In this document: piece by piece, positions 47,187 to 56,585 of the stretch
Numbering within the stretch: position 1 is the first letter of the stretch
Layout: each line of letters opens with the position of its first letter
Origin: Clostridia bacterium
GTDB lineage: Bacteria > Bacillota > Clostridia > RGIG6154
Direction of reading: 5' to 3'
Assembly (NCBI GenBank): GCA_045589295.1
Contig: JAZNOU010000012.1
Coordinates: forward strand, 32,001 to 96,000
Length of the DNA stretch: 64,000 nucleotides
Notes under the pieces: generated by a model
What the model saw: the letters and a program-made list of their open reading frames with translations, nothing else
What the model was told of the DNA's origin: nothing
Databases searched by the model: none
Translations under genes and position numbers: made by a program

Positions 47187-47400
47187 ATTTTATGGGGGTT
47201 GGGTTGTTGGTTATGCCTAAGATGTAGTCAGAAGATACGTTATAAAGTTTTGTTAGTTTGATTACCATTGAAACCGGAATTTCTCTCAAACCACGTTCAT
47301 ATCTTGCATACACTTGACGGTTACAGGTAAGGTACTCGGCTACCTGTTCTTGTGTTAAGTCGTTATCCATTCGTAAATCATACAAACGTTTAAAAAACAT
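47185..47400 (-). CDS. XRE-family HTH regulator
   Basis: LRMDNDLTQEQVAEYL..NRQVYARYERG. Confidence 0.9.
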   Translation of the reverse strand: MFFKRLYDLRMDNDLTQEQVAEYLTCNRQVYARYERGLREIPVSMVIKLTKLYNVSSDYILGITNNPTPIK

Positions 47401-47491
47401 TAAAACCACCTCTTGACTTTAATGTTACCATATGGTATCATTTATGTTATTAATATGGTACCAAACGGCACCTTGGAGAAAGGATATAATT

Positions 47492-47722
47492 ATGAATATT
47501 AAAGTTGAATTATTAAAAGAGTGGGTGGCGGACCGAATTATAAACAATATGAATGATTTTGAAATTGACGCTAATGAAATTGCAGACAGCACTGCCATTA
47601 GGGCACTTTCGGAAATTCAGAAAATTTTGATAAGCGATGATTATGATGAAGAAATTGTGGAGCAGATTGTGTCGGTTTTTTCAAAATATCATTTGGATTT
47701 TGGTTCTTGTCACAATTATTAA
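47492..47722 (+). CDS. Small acidic hypothetical protein
   Basis: RBS GAAAGGA; MNIKVELLKEW...GSCHNY. Confidence 0.7.
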   Translation: MNIKVELLKEWVADRIINNMNDFEIDANEIADSTAIRALSEIQKILISDDYDEEIVEQIVSVFSKYHLDFGSCHNY

Positions 47723-47740
47723 AAGTTTTTATAATATGGT

Positions 47741-47764
47741 GCAAACGCTTTGGCGTTTGCTTTT
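47741..47764. repeat. 24-bp hairpin-containing direct repeat, copy 2 (terminator)
   Basis: GCAAACGCTTTGGCGTTTGCTTTT followed by longer T run. Confidence 0.85.
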
Positions 47765-47817
47765 TTTTTCGCTTTGCGACAAGGTTTTACAAAATAAGTG
47801 CAGTCTACTTTGAAACA

Positions 47818-47852
47818 TGTCCTTGAATGTCACATTATAGTAGTGGTATAAT
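47818..47852 (+). promoter_or_regulatory. Phage late-type promoter: 20-bp activator box plus extended -10
   Basis: TGTCCTTGAATGTCACATTA-TAGTAG-TG-G-TATAAT; box identical to 13713-13732 (minus). Confidence 0.88.
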
Positions 47853-47877
47853 GCGCCCAGTCGAAAGGAGAGGCGAT

Positions 47878-48057
47878 ATGCAAAATAAAGTTTTGAATAA
47901 GACCGAGATACTTTTTAACTTAAGCTTAATTGCAAAAGATGACGCAGTTGCACCTAATTACAGAATAAAAGCTTTGGAGCTTTTGGGTAAGGCAAAGGGG
48001 ATTTTTGAGAGCGACGAAAAGGTTTTGGGTACTGTTAAGATAGTGGATGATATTTAA
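47878..48057 (+). CDS. Terminase small subunit, truncated (oligomerisation part only)
   Basis: 59 aa; RIKALELLGK..GIF motif; RBS AAGGAG; N-terminal HTH absent. Confidence 0.75.
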   Translation: MQNKVLNKTEILFNLSLIAKDDAVAPNYRIKALELLGKAKGIFESDEKVLGTVKIVDDI

Positions 48058-49251
48058 GTGAATTTAAAAGATGCTGTAGCACCAAGCTTTTTTAGTGTTC
48101 ACGAAGCAATCAAAAAAGAAAAGTATACCCATTACTTTTTAAAAGGCGGAAGGGGTTCTGCCAAATCATCTTTTGTTTCTGTTGAAATTATTTTAGGTAT
48201 TATGAAAAACAAAAACGCTAATGCGGTGGTTTTAAGATGCGTTGCGTCTTCGCTCCGTGACAGCGTAATAGAACAGCTCAGCTGGGCGGCCGACCTGTTG
48301 GGCGTTTCGCATCTCTTTAAGACGACTTTTGCTCCTGCTGAAATGATTTTTTTACCGACGGGTCAGAAAATTATTTTCAAAGGGGCAGACGATGTTAAGA
48401 AAATCAAATCCACAAAGGTTAAAAACGGATACATAAGATATGTTTGGTTTGAAGAATGTGATGAATTTAAAAGCTACGACGATATTTTATCTGTTAACCA
48501 ATCTCTTTTACGAGGCGGTGAAAAGTTTGAAGTTTTTTACACTTTTAATCCGCCAAAAAATAAATCACATTGGATTAATTCGGTTAAGGGAAACAAAGAC
48601 ACGCTTTTTCATCACTCCACATACTTAAGCGTTCCATTTAAATGGCTTGGAAAACAGTTTTTTGAGGAAGCCGAAAGACTTAAAAATACTGATGAAGAAA
48701 GGTACCGGCATCAGTATTTAGGTGAATGTATTACTCCCAAGGAGCAGATTATTAAAAATTTTGAGGTTTTAGATGAATTACCTGAAACTGACATTAAGTT
48801 TTTAGGTCAGGATTTTGGGTTTAACCATGCAAATGCTATTTTGGAAGTGGGATTTACTGAAAACACTATTTACATTTACAAAGAGCATTATGTAAAGGGT
48901 ATGGACACTTCAGAGGTTATAAAAGATGCCGAAGGCATATTCAATAAAGACCTCATTATGTGGTGCGACAGTGCTGAGCCTGACAGGATTAAAATGTGGA
49001 AAAAGGCTGGATACAGAGCAGTACCTGTTTCAAAGGAGCGCGCATCTGTAAAAGCTCAGATTGATTTTCTTCTTTCCCATAAAATTGTTATTCATTCGTC
49101 CTGCGTTAACACTGTTAACGAAATAAACGGCTGGTGCTGGATGAAGGACAAGGCTACGGGTGAGTGCAGCGATGTGCCAAACCCAATAAATGACGATTTA
49201 ATGGCGGCGCTTCGCTACAGCATTGAATATTTAAGAAAGGCAGGATTTTGA
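48058..49251 (+). CDS. Terminase large subunit, PBSX family
   Basis: KGGRGSAKS, YVWFEE, TFNPP, GQDFGF, CDSAEP, DDLMAALRY. Confidence 0.95.
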   Translation: MNLKDAVAPSFFSVHEAIKKEKYTHYFLKGGRGSAKSSFVSVEIILGIMKNKNANAVVLRCVASSLRDSVIEQLSWAADLLGVSHLFKTTFAPAEMIFLPTGQKIIFKGADDVKKIKSTKVKNGYIRYVWFEECDEFKSYDDILSVNQSLLRGGEKFEVFYTFNPPKNKSHWINSVKGNKDTLFHHSTYLSVPFKWLGKQFFEEAERLKNTDEERYRHQYLGECITPKEQIIKNFEVLDELPETDIKFLGQDFGFNHANAILEVGFTENTIYIYKEHYVKGMDTSEVIKDAEGIFNKDLIMWCDSAEPDRIKMWKKAGYRAVPVSKERASVKAQIDFLLSHKIVIHSSCVNTVNEINGWCWMKDKATGECSDVPNPINDDLMAALRYSIEYLRKAGF

Positions 49252-49254
49252 TTT

Positions 49255-50532
49255 TTGAATATTTACTCAGTTTGCGATTATTTAGGCAAGAAGCTTGGAA
49301 TAAACATTCCTTGCGATTTTTATCAGAACGTAAAGCTCTGGCGTGACTGGTACAAGGGGTATTCAAAAGAGTTTCATCACTATACCGATTTTAACGGCAA
49401 AGAAACGGTGGAACTTGACAGGTACTCGCTTAAAATGGCAAAAAAAGTGTGCGAAGACTGGGCAAATCTGTTGTTTAACGAAAAGACTGTTGTTGCATCT
49501 GATAATGAAAAGGCGGACAAGCTTTTAAAAAGCATATTTTCTGCAAGCTCATTCCGCCAGGGAATGAACAATTTGGTTGAAAAGGCGTTTGCGCTTGGTA
49601 CAGGGGCGGCAGTTTTAAGGTTAAAGGGCAGTGAGATTTCGTTTGATTTCATAGGCGCAGAGTCAATTATTCCAATTTCGTACAAAGATGGCAATATTGA
49701 GGAAGTAGCCTTTGCAAGTGATTTTTATCATAGAGGCAAAAGGTACACTTACTTAGAGTGCCATTTAAAAGACAGTAACGGAAACTACGTTATTACAAAC
49801 GAGTATTTAGACGATTTGTTTGGTGTGGCTGAATTAGACACGGGGGTAATTAAAAGCTACAACACAAACTCTTGTATGCCGTGGTTCTCCATTATAAAGC
49901 CTAATATTGTAAACAATATTAACGATGTAACACCTCTCGGCATCTCGGTTTTTGCTAACGCGATTGACGTTTTAAAGGGACTTGACCTTGCGTATGACAA
50001 TCTTTGCACAGACTTTTTCTTAGGCGGGAAAATGATTATGATGAACGAAACGGTGATTGCAAAAGAAGAGGGCGGAAGAAGAATTCCTCCGCAGTTTTCA
50101 AGAAAGCGCCTTTTTATGTCAATGGGAGATTCTATTATTGACGGGAAAATGTATGAAGAATATAATCCTGCGCTCCGCGTTGACGAAAACACAAAGGGTA
50201 TTTTTACCCAGCTTTCGATTTTGGCCTCCATTTGCGGACTTGGTGAAAAGTTTTACTCTTTTTCAAACAATGAGGTTAAAACTGCAACTGAGGTTATGAG
50301 TGAAAACTCATCTCTTTTCAGATGTGTGAAAAAACACGAAATTATCATCGAAAATGCGCTTATTGCACTTGCAAAGGCGGTGCTTGATATTTTCAAAATT
50401 GATGCAAATGTTACAGTTATGTTTGATGACAGCATTATTGAAGACAAAAAGTCTGAAAGAGAGCAGGATTTTAAAGATGTAGAGGCAGGTCTTATGGAAA
50501 AGGAAAGTTACATCAGAAAGTATCACGCATAA
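49255..50532 (+). CDS. Phage portal protein (SPP1/A118-like)
   Basis: MAKKVCEDWANLLFNEK, PLGISVFANA, KTATEV, FDDSIIED. Confidence 0.92.
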   Translation: MNIYSVCDYLGKKLGINIPCDFYQNVKLWRDWYKGYSKEFHHYTDFNGKETVELDRYSLKMAKKVCEDWANLLFNEKTVVASDNEKADKLLKSIFSASSFRQGMNNLVEKAFALGTGAAVLRLKGSEISFDFIGAESIIPISYKDGNIEEVAFASDFYHRGKRYTYLECHLKDSNGNYVITNEYLDDLFGVAELDTGVIKSYNTNSCMPWFSIIKPNIVNNINDVTPLGISVFANAIDVLKGLDLAYDNLCTDFFLGGKMIMMNETVIAKEEGGRRIPPQFSRKRLFMSMGDSIIDGKMYEEYNPALRVDENTKGIFTQLSILASICGLGEKFYSFSNNEVKTATEVMSENSSLFRCVKKHEIIIENALIALAKAVLDIFKIDANVTVMFDDSIIEDKKSEREQDFKDVEAGLMEKESYIRKYHA

Positions 50533-50541
50533 GGAGAAAAA

Positions 50542-50970
50542 ATGGATTTTTTAAAAGAATTTTTAAGTGCTGAGCTTTTTGACTCTGTTAAAAAAGAGCT
50601 TGAGGGCAAAAATGTTAGCCTTATTAACAATTTCAGCGGTGAATATGCTCTAAAAAGCGAGCTTGAAGAACAAAGCAATAAAAAAATCAACGAAATTATG
50701 TTTGAAAATGCGCTCTCTAGCGCGCTTGAAAAAAGTGGAGTTAAAAGCGTTAAAGCGCTCAAAGGGTTTTTAGAGCCTGAAAAAATGAGTTTTGAAGACG
50801 GAGTTTTAAAGGGCTTTAATGAACAGATTACAAAAATAAAAAAAGAAAACGGATTTTTATTTAACGATTTTGGTATAACAGGGCATTCTCACAAAAGCGG
50901 GATGACTGATTTTAACTCAATGAGTGATGATGAATATTACCAGAGCGTTTTAAGAAAGGATGAATTTTAA
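50542..50970 (+). CDS. Capsid scaffolding protein (GP20-like)
   Basis: ALEKSGVKSVKALK, EQITKIKKENGFLF; position before capsid. Confidence 0.85.
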   Translation: MDFLKEFLSAELFDSVKKELEGKNVSLINNFSGEYALKSELEEQSNKKINEIMFENALSSALEKSGVKSVKALKGFLEPEKMSFEDGVLKGFNEQITKIKKENGFLFNDFGITGHSHKSGMTDFNSMSDDEYYQSVLRKDEF

Positions 50971-50972
50971 TT

Positions 50973-52082
50973 ATGGCAAATCAGCTTATTACTATTAAAG
51001 AAATTGCAAGGGCGGCTCTTCCGAGACTTATTGAAAATCTCGCGTTCCCGAACCTTGTTCACAAAGATTTTTCTAACGAGTTTGTTTCAGGTAAAGGTGA
51101 CAGAATTCAGGTAAGAAAGCCTGTTGTGTTATCTGCAGAAGAATTTGATGAAGCAAAAGGCACTTCTGTGCAGGATATTAACGAATCTTCTGTTGAAGTG
51201 GCACTCGACAAGCTTGCAACAGTTGATACAGAATTTTCTGCAATTGCTGCGGCAACTTCTATTGACGATATCAACAGAATTTTCATTGAGCCTGCGGCTG
51301 CGGCTCTTGCACAGAAAATCAACTCTGATGGTTTAGAACTTTATAAAGATATTCCTTATATTACAGGTGAAGCAGGCAAAACTCCGTCTTCCCTGGAAGA
51401 CATTGCGGCTGTAAGAAAGGCTTTAAATGACAAAAATGTTCCGATTACTCCGAGAGTTGCGGTATGGGACACTGAAGCAGACACCAAGTTTACAACTGTT
51501 GACGCTATTGTTCACGCTGACAAGTCAGGCAGAGTAAAAGCACTTCGCGATGGTTCAATCGGTAAGATTTTCGGACTTGAAAACTATATGTCTCAGGCCG
51601 TTAAAAAGCACAAGAGTGAATTGTCAGGCACTGCCCTTAAGATAAATGGTGCGACAGAAGAGGGGGCTACGACACTTTCTGTTACAGGAACAACTCTTAC
51701 AGGCAAGTTTGTAAAAGGCGACGTGCTTAAAATTGACGGCAAAACTTACACAGTTACTAAAGATTCAGATGAAGCGGCAAACAACACAATCGCTGAAGTT
51801 TGTGTTTACCCTGCTCTTGGCGCAGTGAAAGACAAAACAGAAATTACGTTAGTTGGAGACCACACAGCAAATCTTGCGTTTAATCCTATGGCGTTTGCTT
51901 TTGTAACACGTCCGCTTTCTGCTCCGTCAGGCGTTGAAAGCTATGTTACAAGCTACAACGGCATTACACTTCGTGTTGTTAAGGGATACGATATGAAGCA
52001 CAAAAAGGAAATGCTTTCTATGGACGTGCTTTACGGCTACAAAACTATGTATCCTGAGCTTGCAACAAGAGTTTTGGGCTAA
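50973..52082 (+). CDS. Major capsid protein (P22 coat-like)
   Basis: KGDRIQVRKP, ALAQKINSD, NLAFNPMAFAFVTRPL, SMDVLYGYK. Confidence 0.9.
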   Translation: MANQLITIKEIARAALPRLIENLAFPNLVHKDFSNEFVSGKGDRIQVRKPVVLSAEEFDEAKGTSVQDINESSVEVALDKLATVDTEFSAIAAATSIDDINRIFIEPAAAALAQKINSDGLELYKDIPYITGEAGKTPSSLEDIAAVRKALNDKNVPITPRVAVWDTEADTKFTTVDAIVHADKSGRVKALRDGSIGKIFGLENYMSQAVKKHKSELSGTALKINGATEEGATTLSVTGTTLTGKFVKGDVLKIDGKTYTVTKDSDEAANNTIAEVCVYPALGAVKDKTEITLVGDHTANLAFNPMAFAFVTRPLSAPSGVESYVTSYNGITLRVVKGYDMKHKKEMLSMDVLYGYKTMYPELATRVLG

Positions 52083-52103
52083 TCCTTTAAAGGAGGAGCT
52101 TGT

Positions 52104-52436
52104 ATGGATAAAGTAGGATTTGATTATTATCAGAACGTCTTTTTAGGCAGTGAGATTACTTCCAAAAAGGTGTTTGAAAAATTAGAGCGCTACGCACTTT
52201 CGTACGTTGATAAAATCACTTTCGGCAGAATTACTTATATGACCGAAAGCATTAAATGTGCGGTTTGCAGTGTGTGTGAGGCGCTTTTTAAAAGTAGTGA
52301 GCGAAGCGGCATTAAACACGAGGTAAATGACGGATATTCTGTGACTTATACCGATAAGGCAGAAAGCGAATTTTCTGATATTTATATGGCGGCGGCTGTG
52401 TTTTTGCCCGCGGAACTTCTTTACAAAGGTATTTAG
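52104..52436 (+). CDS. Head-tail connector (adaptor)
   Basis: FDYY..F.G, VDKITFGR, KCAVC, NDGYSVTY, LLYKG. Confidence 0.75.
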   Translation: MDKVGFDYYQNVFLGSEITSKKVFEKLERYALSYVDKITFGRITYMTESIKCAVCSVCEALFKSSERSGIKHEVNDGYSVTYTDKAESEFSDIYMAAAVFLPAELLYKGI

Positions 52437-52492
52437 CGGAAGGGGGCAATCCCTTTCATGCACAGATTATGAGTAAGGGGTGGATTTTTTAA

Positions 52493-52795
52493 ATGATATG
52501 CTGCGATAAATGTATTACGGTGTTTTCGTTTAACGGGAGGGCGTATGACAGTTTTGTTTTTGATGGTGTGAGTATTTTTGGTTCTGACGGGATTAAAGAA
52601 AATAATTCGGGGTTTGAAGAAAACAACAGCTTTAAAATAAGAATCCCGACAACTCAAAAGATTAGTGTTGCACCAGGTGACAGGGTTGTTTTCGGCATAA
52701 AAGATGCTTTTGATGCAGAAAATGCTTACACCGTTATGAGTGTTAAAGACAACACCAGGGGTGTAAATAAGCACTTTTTAATTGAAATTAAATAA
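52493..52795 (+). CDS. Head-closure-like protein (DUF6751-like)
   Basis: ITVF, IRIP, GDRVVFG, VKDNTRG..H; position. Confidence 0.65.
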   Translation: MICCDKCITVFSFNGRAYDSFVFDGVSIFGSDGIKENNSGFEENNSFKIRIPTTQKISVAPGDRVVFGIKDAFDAENAYTVMSVKDNTRGVNKHFLIEIK

Positions 52796-52880
52796 TTTTT
52801 TGTGGGTTGGAGTATCGAAAAGGCAAGTTGTGTTTTAAGGTGGGAGAAAACACAGAATTTAAAAAGAAAGAGGGATTGAT

Positions 52881-53270
52881 TTGATAGATAAAATTCAGGA
52901 ATTTTTGCTCGGTTTCGGGCATTTCAATATAGATTATTTATCGGGAAAGATTAACGGAATGAGTGTGTATCAGGATAATTTTAATCCCGTCAAAAAGCCG
53001 TATTCCGGCGGCGGCGGACTTTACAGGTATTCCTTTTTTGTTGAAATCACAAGCCCTTATGCTGCCGATTTAAATGCAGGCAACCATATGGTGGTTGACG
53101 AGCTTATTGATTTCATAGAAAGAAAAAATTTAAAAAGGCAGCTTCCTGAACTTAAACAGGGGTTAAAGGCGCAGTCTATAAAGGTAATACAAAATTTCGG
53201 GCGTGTGAATACTGCAGTAAACAAGGCAAATTTCAGGCTAAAGCTTGAACTTTTGTACACAAAGGGGTGA
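52881..53270 (+). CDS. Tail-terminator-like protein
   Basis: IDYL, KKPYSGGG, LPEL, RLKLELLY; precedes tail tube. Confidence 0.65.
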   Translation: MIDKIQEFLLGFGHFNIDYLSGKINGMSVYQDNFNPVKKPYSGGGGLYRYSFFVEITSPYAADLNAGNHMVVDELIDFIERKNLKRQLPELKQGLKAQSIKVIQNFGRVNTAVNKANFRLKLELLYTKG

Positions 53271-53287
53271 TATCTTTGGATTTAATT

Positions 53288-53770
53288 ATGCTATCTGAAA
53301 ATCTAGCGGCATTTATGGAAATTGATGGTAAGTTTTATAAAATGCAAGGTTTTTCAAAGCTGGATATTCTTTCTGTGCCTGAGGTTTATGCAAGAAAATA
53401 CATAAACAACGACTTTAAAAGTGTAACAGTTACTGGCGGTGACACAAAAATTTCATACGCTTTTGACAGAATGAAAAATTTTAAGGTTCATGACGTTTTA
53501 TCACGTATTGCAGACCTTAATTTGAGCGGTGACGAGGCGACAGTAAAAATTGTTTTGGTCGATTTTGACAATGAACAAGACGGAAAGTTTTATGCTATTA
53601 AGCAAAGCTTTGCAGTTGTGTGCAAAGATGTTCGGCCTGAGGATGGTTTTTTAGATTATTTTGGTATGTTTATTTCTTCGGGTAAGGCATCAGAGGGGGC
53701 TGTTACCTCCTGTGATGGTTTTGAAACTGCTGATTTTACAGAGAAAAGGAGGGGAATATTATGCGATTGA
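53288..53770 (+). CDS. Major tail tube protein-like
   Basis: AAFME..FYKMQGFSKL..PEVYARKYI..ISYAFD; start uncertain (53267 or 53288). Confidence 0.65.
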   Translation: MLSENLAAFMEIDGKFYKMQGFSKLDILSVPEVYARKYINNDFKSVTVTGGDTKISYAFDRMKNFKVHDVLSRIADLNLSGDEATVKIVLVDFDNEQDGKFYAIKQSFAVVCKDVRPEDGFLDYFGMFISSGKASEGAVTSCDGFETADFTEKRRGILCD

Positions 53771-54600
53771 TTTTTGAAAGCGACGGCAAAAAACTTGAAA
53801 TGGGTGACGATTGCGACGCCTCTGTTATTGAAATCTCGGGGCTTGGTACGCCTGAAAGGCAATACAACACCAAAAGGTATGTAAATATTCCAGGACAGGT
53901 TACTGTTTCTTCGCACGTGCTTGCAAGAAATATTGTAATTAAGGGTGATATATGTTTAAACGGAGGGTTGCCGACAGAAAAATATCACACTTTTTTCTGT
54001 CAAAGCGGAATGCTTACCATAACAGGAAAAGATAAAAAGAACATTAATTACAATCCTGTTTCTTTTAAGACGGGCAATAGAAATGGCGAGTTTGTTTCTT
54101 TTGAGCTTAAATTAGTTTGCGATTTTCCTTACTTTTCTGACGGCAATGACATTCCGTATGAGATATACAAAAGATTAGATATGGTAACAGGTAAGTTTAG
54201 TTTACCTAAAGTTTTTACCAAAAGAGTTACTGAGGTGGATATCTACAATTCGGGACAGGCAGACTCTGAACCTGTTATAACCATTGGATGTACAAATCAG
54301 GGTATTTACTCAGGCGGCATTGTGATTTACAATGCGCTTACAAAAAAAGAACTTAAGCTGGATACCAATCTTTCTTTAGGTGAAACGATTACAATTGATA
54401 TAAAAAACAGAAAAATCTCGAGTAATAAGAGAGCAAACTGCTACGGAATTTTAAATGAGAATTGTGTTTTGTCTGATTTTGTGATTGCAAGGGGAATAAA
54501 TCATATTTTACTTACAAACTTAAACGACGGAGAAACAGTTACAGCATCAATTTTGTTTAATAATTTATATGCGGAGGCGGAGATTGTTGAAAGAAATTAA
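53761..54600 (+). CDS. Distal tail protein (Dit)
   Basis: ISGLG, ARNIVIKG, LVCDFPYF, IYNSG, GINHI. Confidence 0.85.
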   Translation: MRLIFESDGKKLEMGDDCDASVIEISGLGTPERQYNTKRYVNIPGQVTVSSHVLARNIVIKGDICLNGGLPTEKYHTFFCQSGMLTITGKDKKNINYNPVSFKTGNRNGEFVSFELKLVCDFPYFSDGNDIPYEIYKRLDMVTGKFSLPKVFTKRVTEVDIYNSGQADSEPVITIGCTNQGIYSGGIVIYNALTKKELKLDTNLSLGETITIDIKNRKISSNKRANCYGILNENCVLSDFVIARGINHILLTNLNDGETVTASILFNNLYAEAEIVERN

Positions 54601-55726
54601 AATTTATGATTTTGACTTTAACCTGATTGCTTCCGAGTTTAAGTGCGTTTCATTTAAGTGGGATGTAAGATTTAATTCAATTGGCGGCTTCGAGGGGGTA
54701 TTTACCCTTGATTCTGACATTTATTCTACGTGTGCAAACAAGGATTTTTTGGTTTGCGTTCAAGGCGAAAATCAGGGAATTGTAACCTCTGTGAGAATTG
54801 AAAACGACCAGATTATAATTAGCGGGAAGTCTTTAAACTTTTTGCTTGAAAAAAGGGTTTGTCTACCTTTTTCAACTAAAGATAGCGGTATTTTAAAATC
54901 TGCTCCCGAGCTTGTGTGCGAGTTGGTTTTAAAGTATTGCGGTGATTTTATGGAGGTTTTAAGTGCACCACAAGGATACGATAAATCGCATTTTACCAGG
55001 ATTGAAGCAAAGCCTCTTTGCGAGATTGTAACAGATTTGCTAAGCGGTGTTAATCTTGGACATTTTGTTAAGTTTGACATAAAAAACAAAAAGTGGATAT
55101 TTGGCATAATAGAGCCTGAAGTAAAAAACATTGTGCTTTCAGAACCTGACAAAACCCTTTCTGATTGCGATTATGTAAGATATTTGTCAGACTATGCTGC
55201 GTCAGGCGTTTATCAGCAAAAAGTATATTATCAGGGCTTGTGGAATGCTGAGACAAACACTCCTTTTTTGTGGGACAATGAAAAACCCAATTTTGCAAAA
55301 GCTTACAAGGTGGAAGAGGCCGGTCAGATGTTTGGCATAAGTTTTGACAAGGGTGATTACATTATTTGCAAGGATGAAAGCGGTAAGTGGCAAAAAAGTG
55401 CAGATTGCTTACCTTTTTGGTACAAGGTTACACCTAAAAACGCAAATGGAGCTAAACTTTGGGAGTGCGCTTTATCCTGCGATGATATTTCAGAGGCTTA
55501 CGAATTGACACTTTTAAGAGAAATAAGCGAAAATGTGGTAGCACTTACCGAGGGTGAGGTTAAAAACGAGTTTAAAGTGGGCGATATAATAAAAATTCAG
55601 CTTGGCAGAGGCGATGCTCTAAAGGTTTTTACAAAGCAGGTTAAAAGAATGGTGCATCACAGCGACGCTGAGGAAAGTTTTGTAAGACCTACATTCTATA
55701 AGTTAAAGGAGAGGGAAGATGAGTAA
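54587..55726 (+). CDS. Baseplate hub / Gp37-like tail protein
   Basis: IKIYDFDFN, FNSIGGFE, ISGKSLNFLLEKRV, FKVGDII; after Dit. Confidence 0.75.
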   Translation: MKEIKIYDFDFNLIASEFKCVSFKWDVRFNSIGGFEGVFTLDSDIYSTCANKDFLVCVQGENQGIVTSVRIENDQIIISGKSLNFLLEKRVCLPFSTKDSGILKSAPELVCELVLKYCGDFMEVLSAPQGYDKSHFTRIEAKPLCEIVTDLLSGVNLGHFVKFDIKNKKWIFGIIEPEVKNIVLSEPDKTLSDCDYVRYLSDYAASGVYQQKVYYQGLWNAETNTPFLWDNEKPNFAKAYKVEEAGQMFGISFDKGDYIICKDESGKWQKSADCLPFWYKVTPKNANGAKLWECALSCDDISEAYELTLLREISENVVALTEGEVKNEFKVGDIIKIQLGRGDALKVFTKQVKRMVHHSDAEESFVRPTFYKLKEREDE

Positions 55727-56573
55727 TTATAAATATACTTTTTTTGATAATCAGACGGTTGGCGTTGACCATTTGAACGAAATTACAAAGAGGCTTGTGT
55801 CAGGGGGGATTTCTGCAGTTTACAGCGGAGTAGATTTTAATGTTGCAGACATTAATGATAACAATAAGGCGATTTTAACAGGCGGTGTTGTACCTGGAAA
55901 TGATTTGAATTTAAAGGTAACGGCGGTAGGAAGCGGAAAGTACCTTATAAATCAGGGACTTTGCTTTTTTAACAACGGCACTACTATGGAGATTTTATCG
56001 GGCGGAGAAGAAATTGTTGTACCGCAAGGGGTAACAAGCTACATTTATTTGGTGTCCGACAGCAATAAAATGGCGTGTTATGTCGAAGTTTTGCAAAGTG
56101 AAAAGCAGACGGGTGAATTTATTCTTCTGGCTGTTATAAATGTTGACGGGACAGTTGTCGATAAACGCACCTATGCGAAAGGTAAAGTTCCCGGGTTTTA
56201 TGCGTCTTCCGAGAGCATGCAGGTAAATATTACCCAAAAATATGAGGGAGAAAAAAATATAGAAATTTCGGTTGGTATGGGCAATTTTAAGCATCTTTGT
56301 ATCAGGGCAGAGTCAGGCGCTTTTCATAATGGTTCTGGGTATAACATTAATTACGGGGGACTTTTTTATTGTGATTTTGAAAACTCAGTTGCGGTAAATC
56401 CTTCTATGTGTTCCGTGCTTGCAGGCGATAGTTATATTTATTATGACAGAAACATTGGCTCCTGCCGTCTTGGGTCTAATATTAGATTGGAAAACGGAAA
56501 GCTCATTATACCTGTGATAGAGGGTAATGTAAATAAGGGGTATGAAGTACGGTTTTCATATCATTTATGGTAA
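55719..56573 (+). CDS. Baseplate structural protein
   Basis: FFDNQ, GV, LKVTA..G, G.CFFNNG; position. Confidence 0.65.
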   Translation: MSNYKYTFFDNQTVGVDHLNEITKRLVSGGISAVYSGVDFNVADINDNNKAILTGGVVPGNDLNLKVTAVGSGKYLINQGLCFFNNGTTMEILSGGEEIVVPQGVTSYIYLVSDSNKMACYVEVLQSEKQTGEFILLAVINVDGTVVDKRTYAKGKVPGFYASSESMQVNITQKYEGEKNIEISVGMGNFKHLCIRAESGAFHNGSGYNINYGGLFYCDFENSVAVNPSMCSVLAGDSYIYYDRNIGSCRLGSNIRLENGKLIIPVIEGNVNKGYEVRFSYHLW

Positions 56574-56585
56574 GGAGGAGTTTAG

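Noticed and set aside
47163-47764. 24-bp repeats as att sites of the phage-like operon
   Set aside because: Both copies lie upstream of terS; no copy seen near the holin-rpsO end
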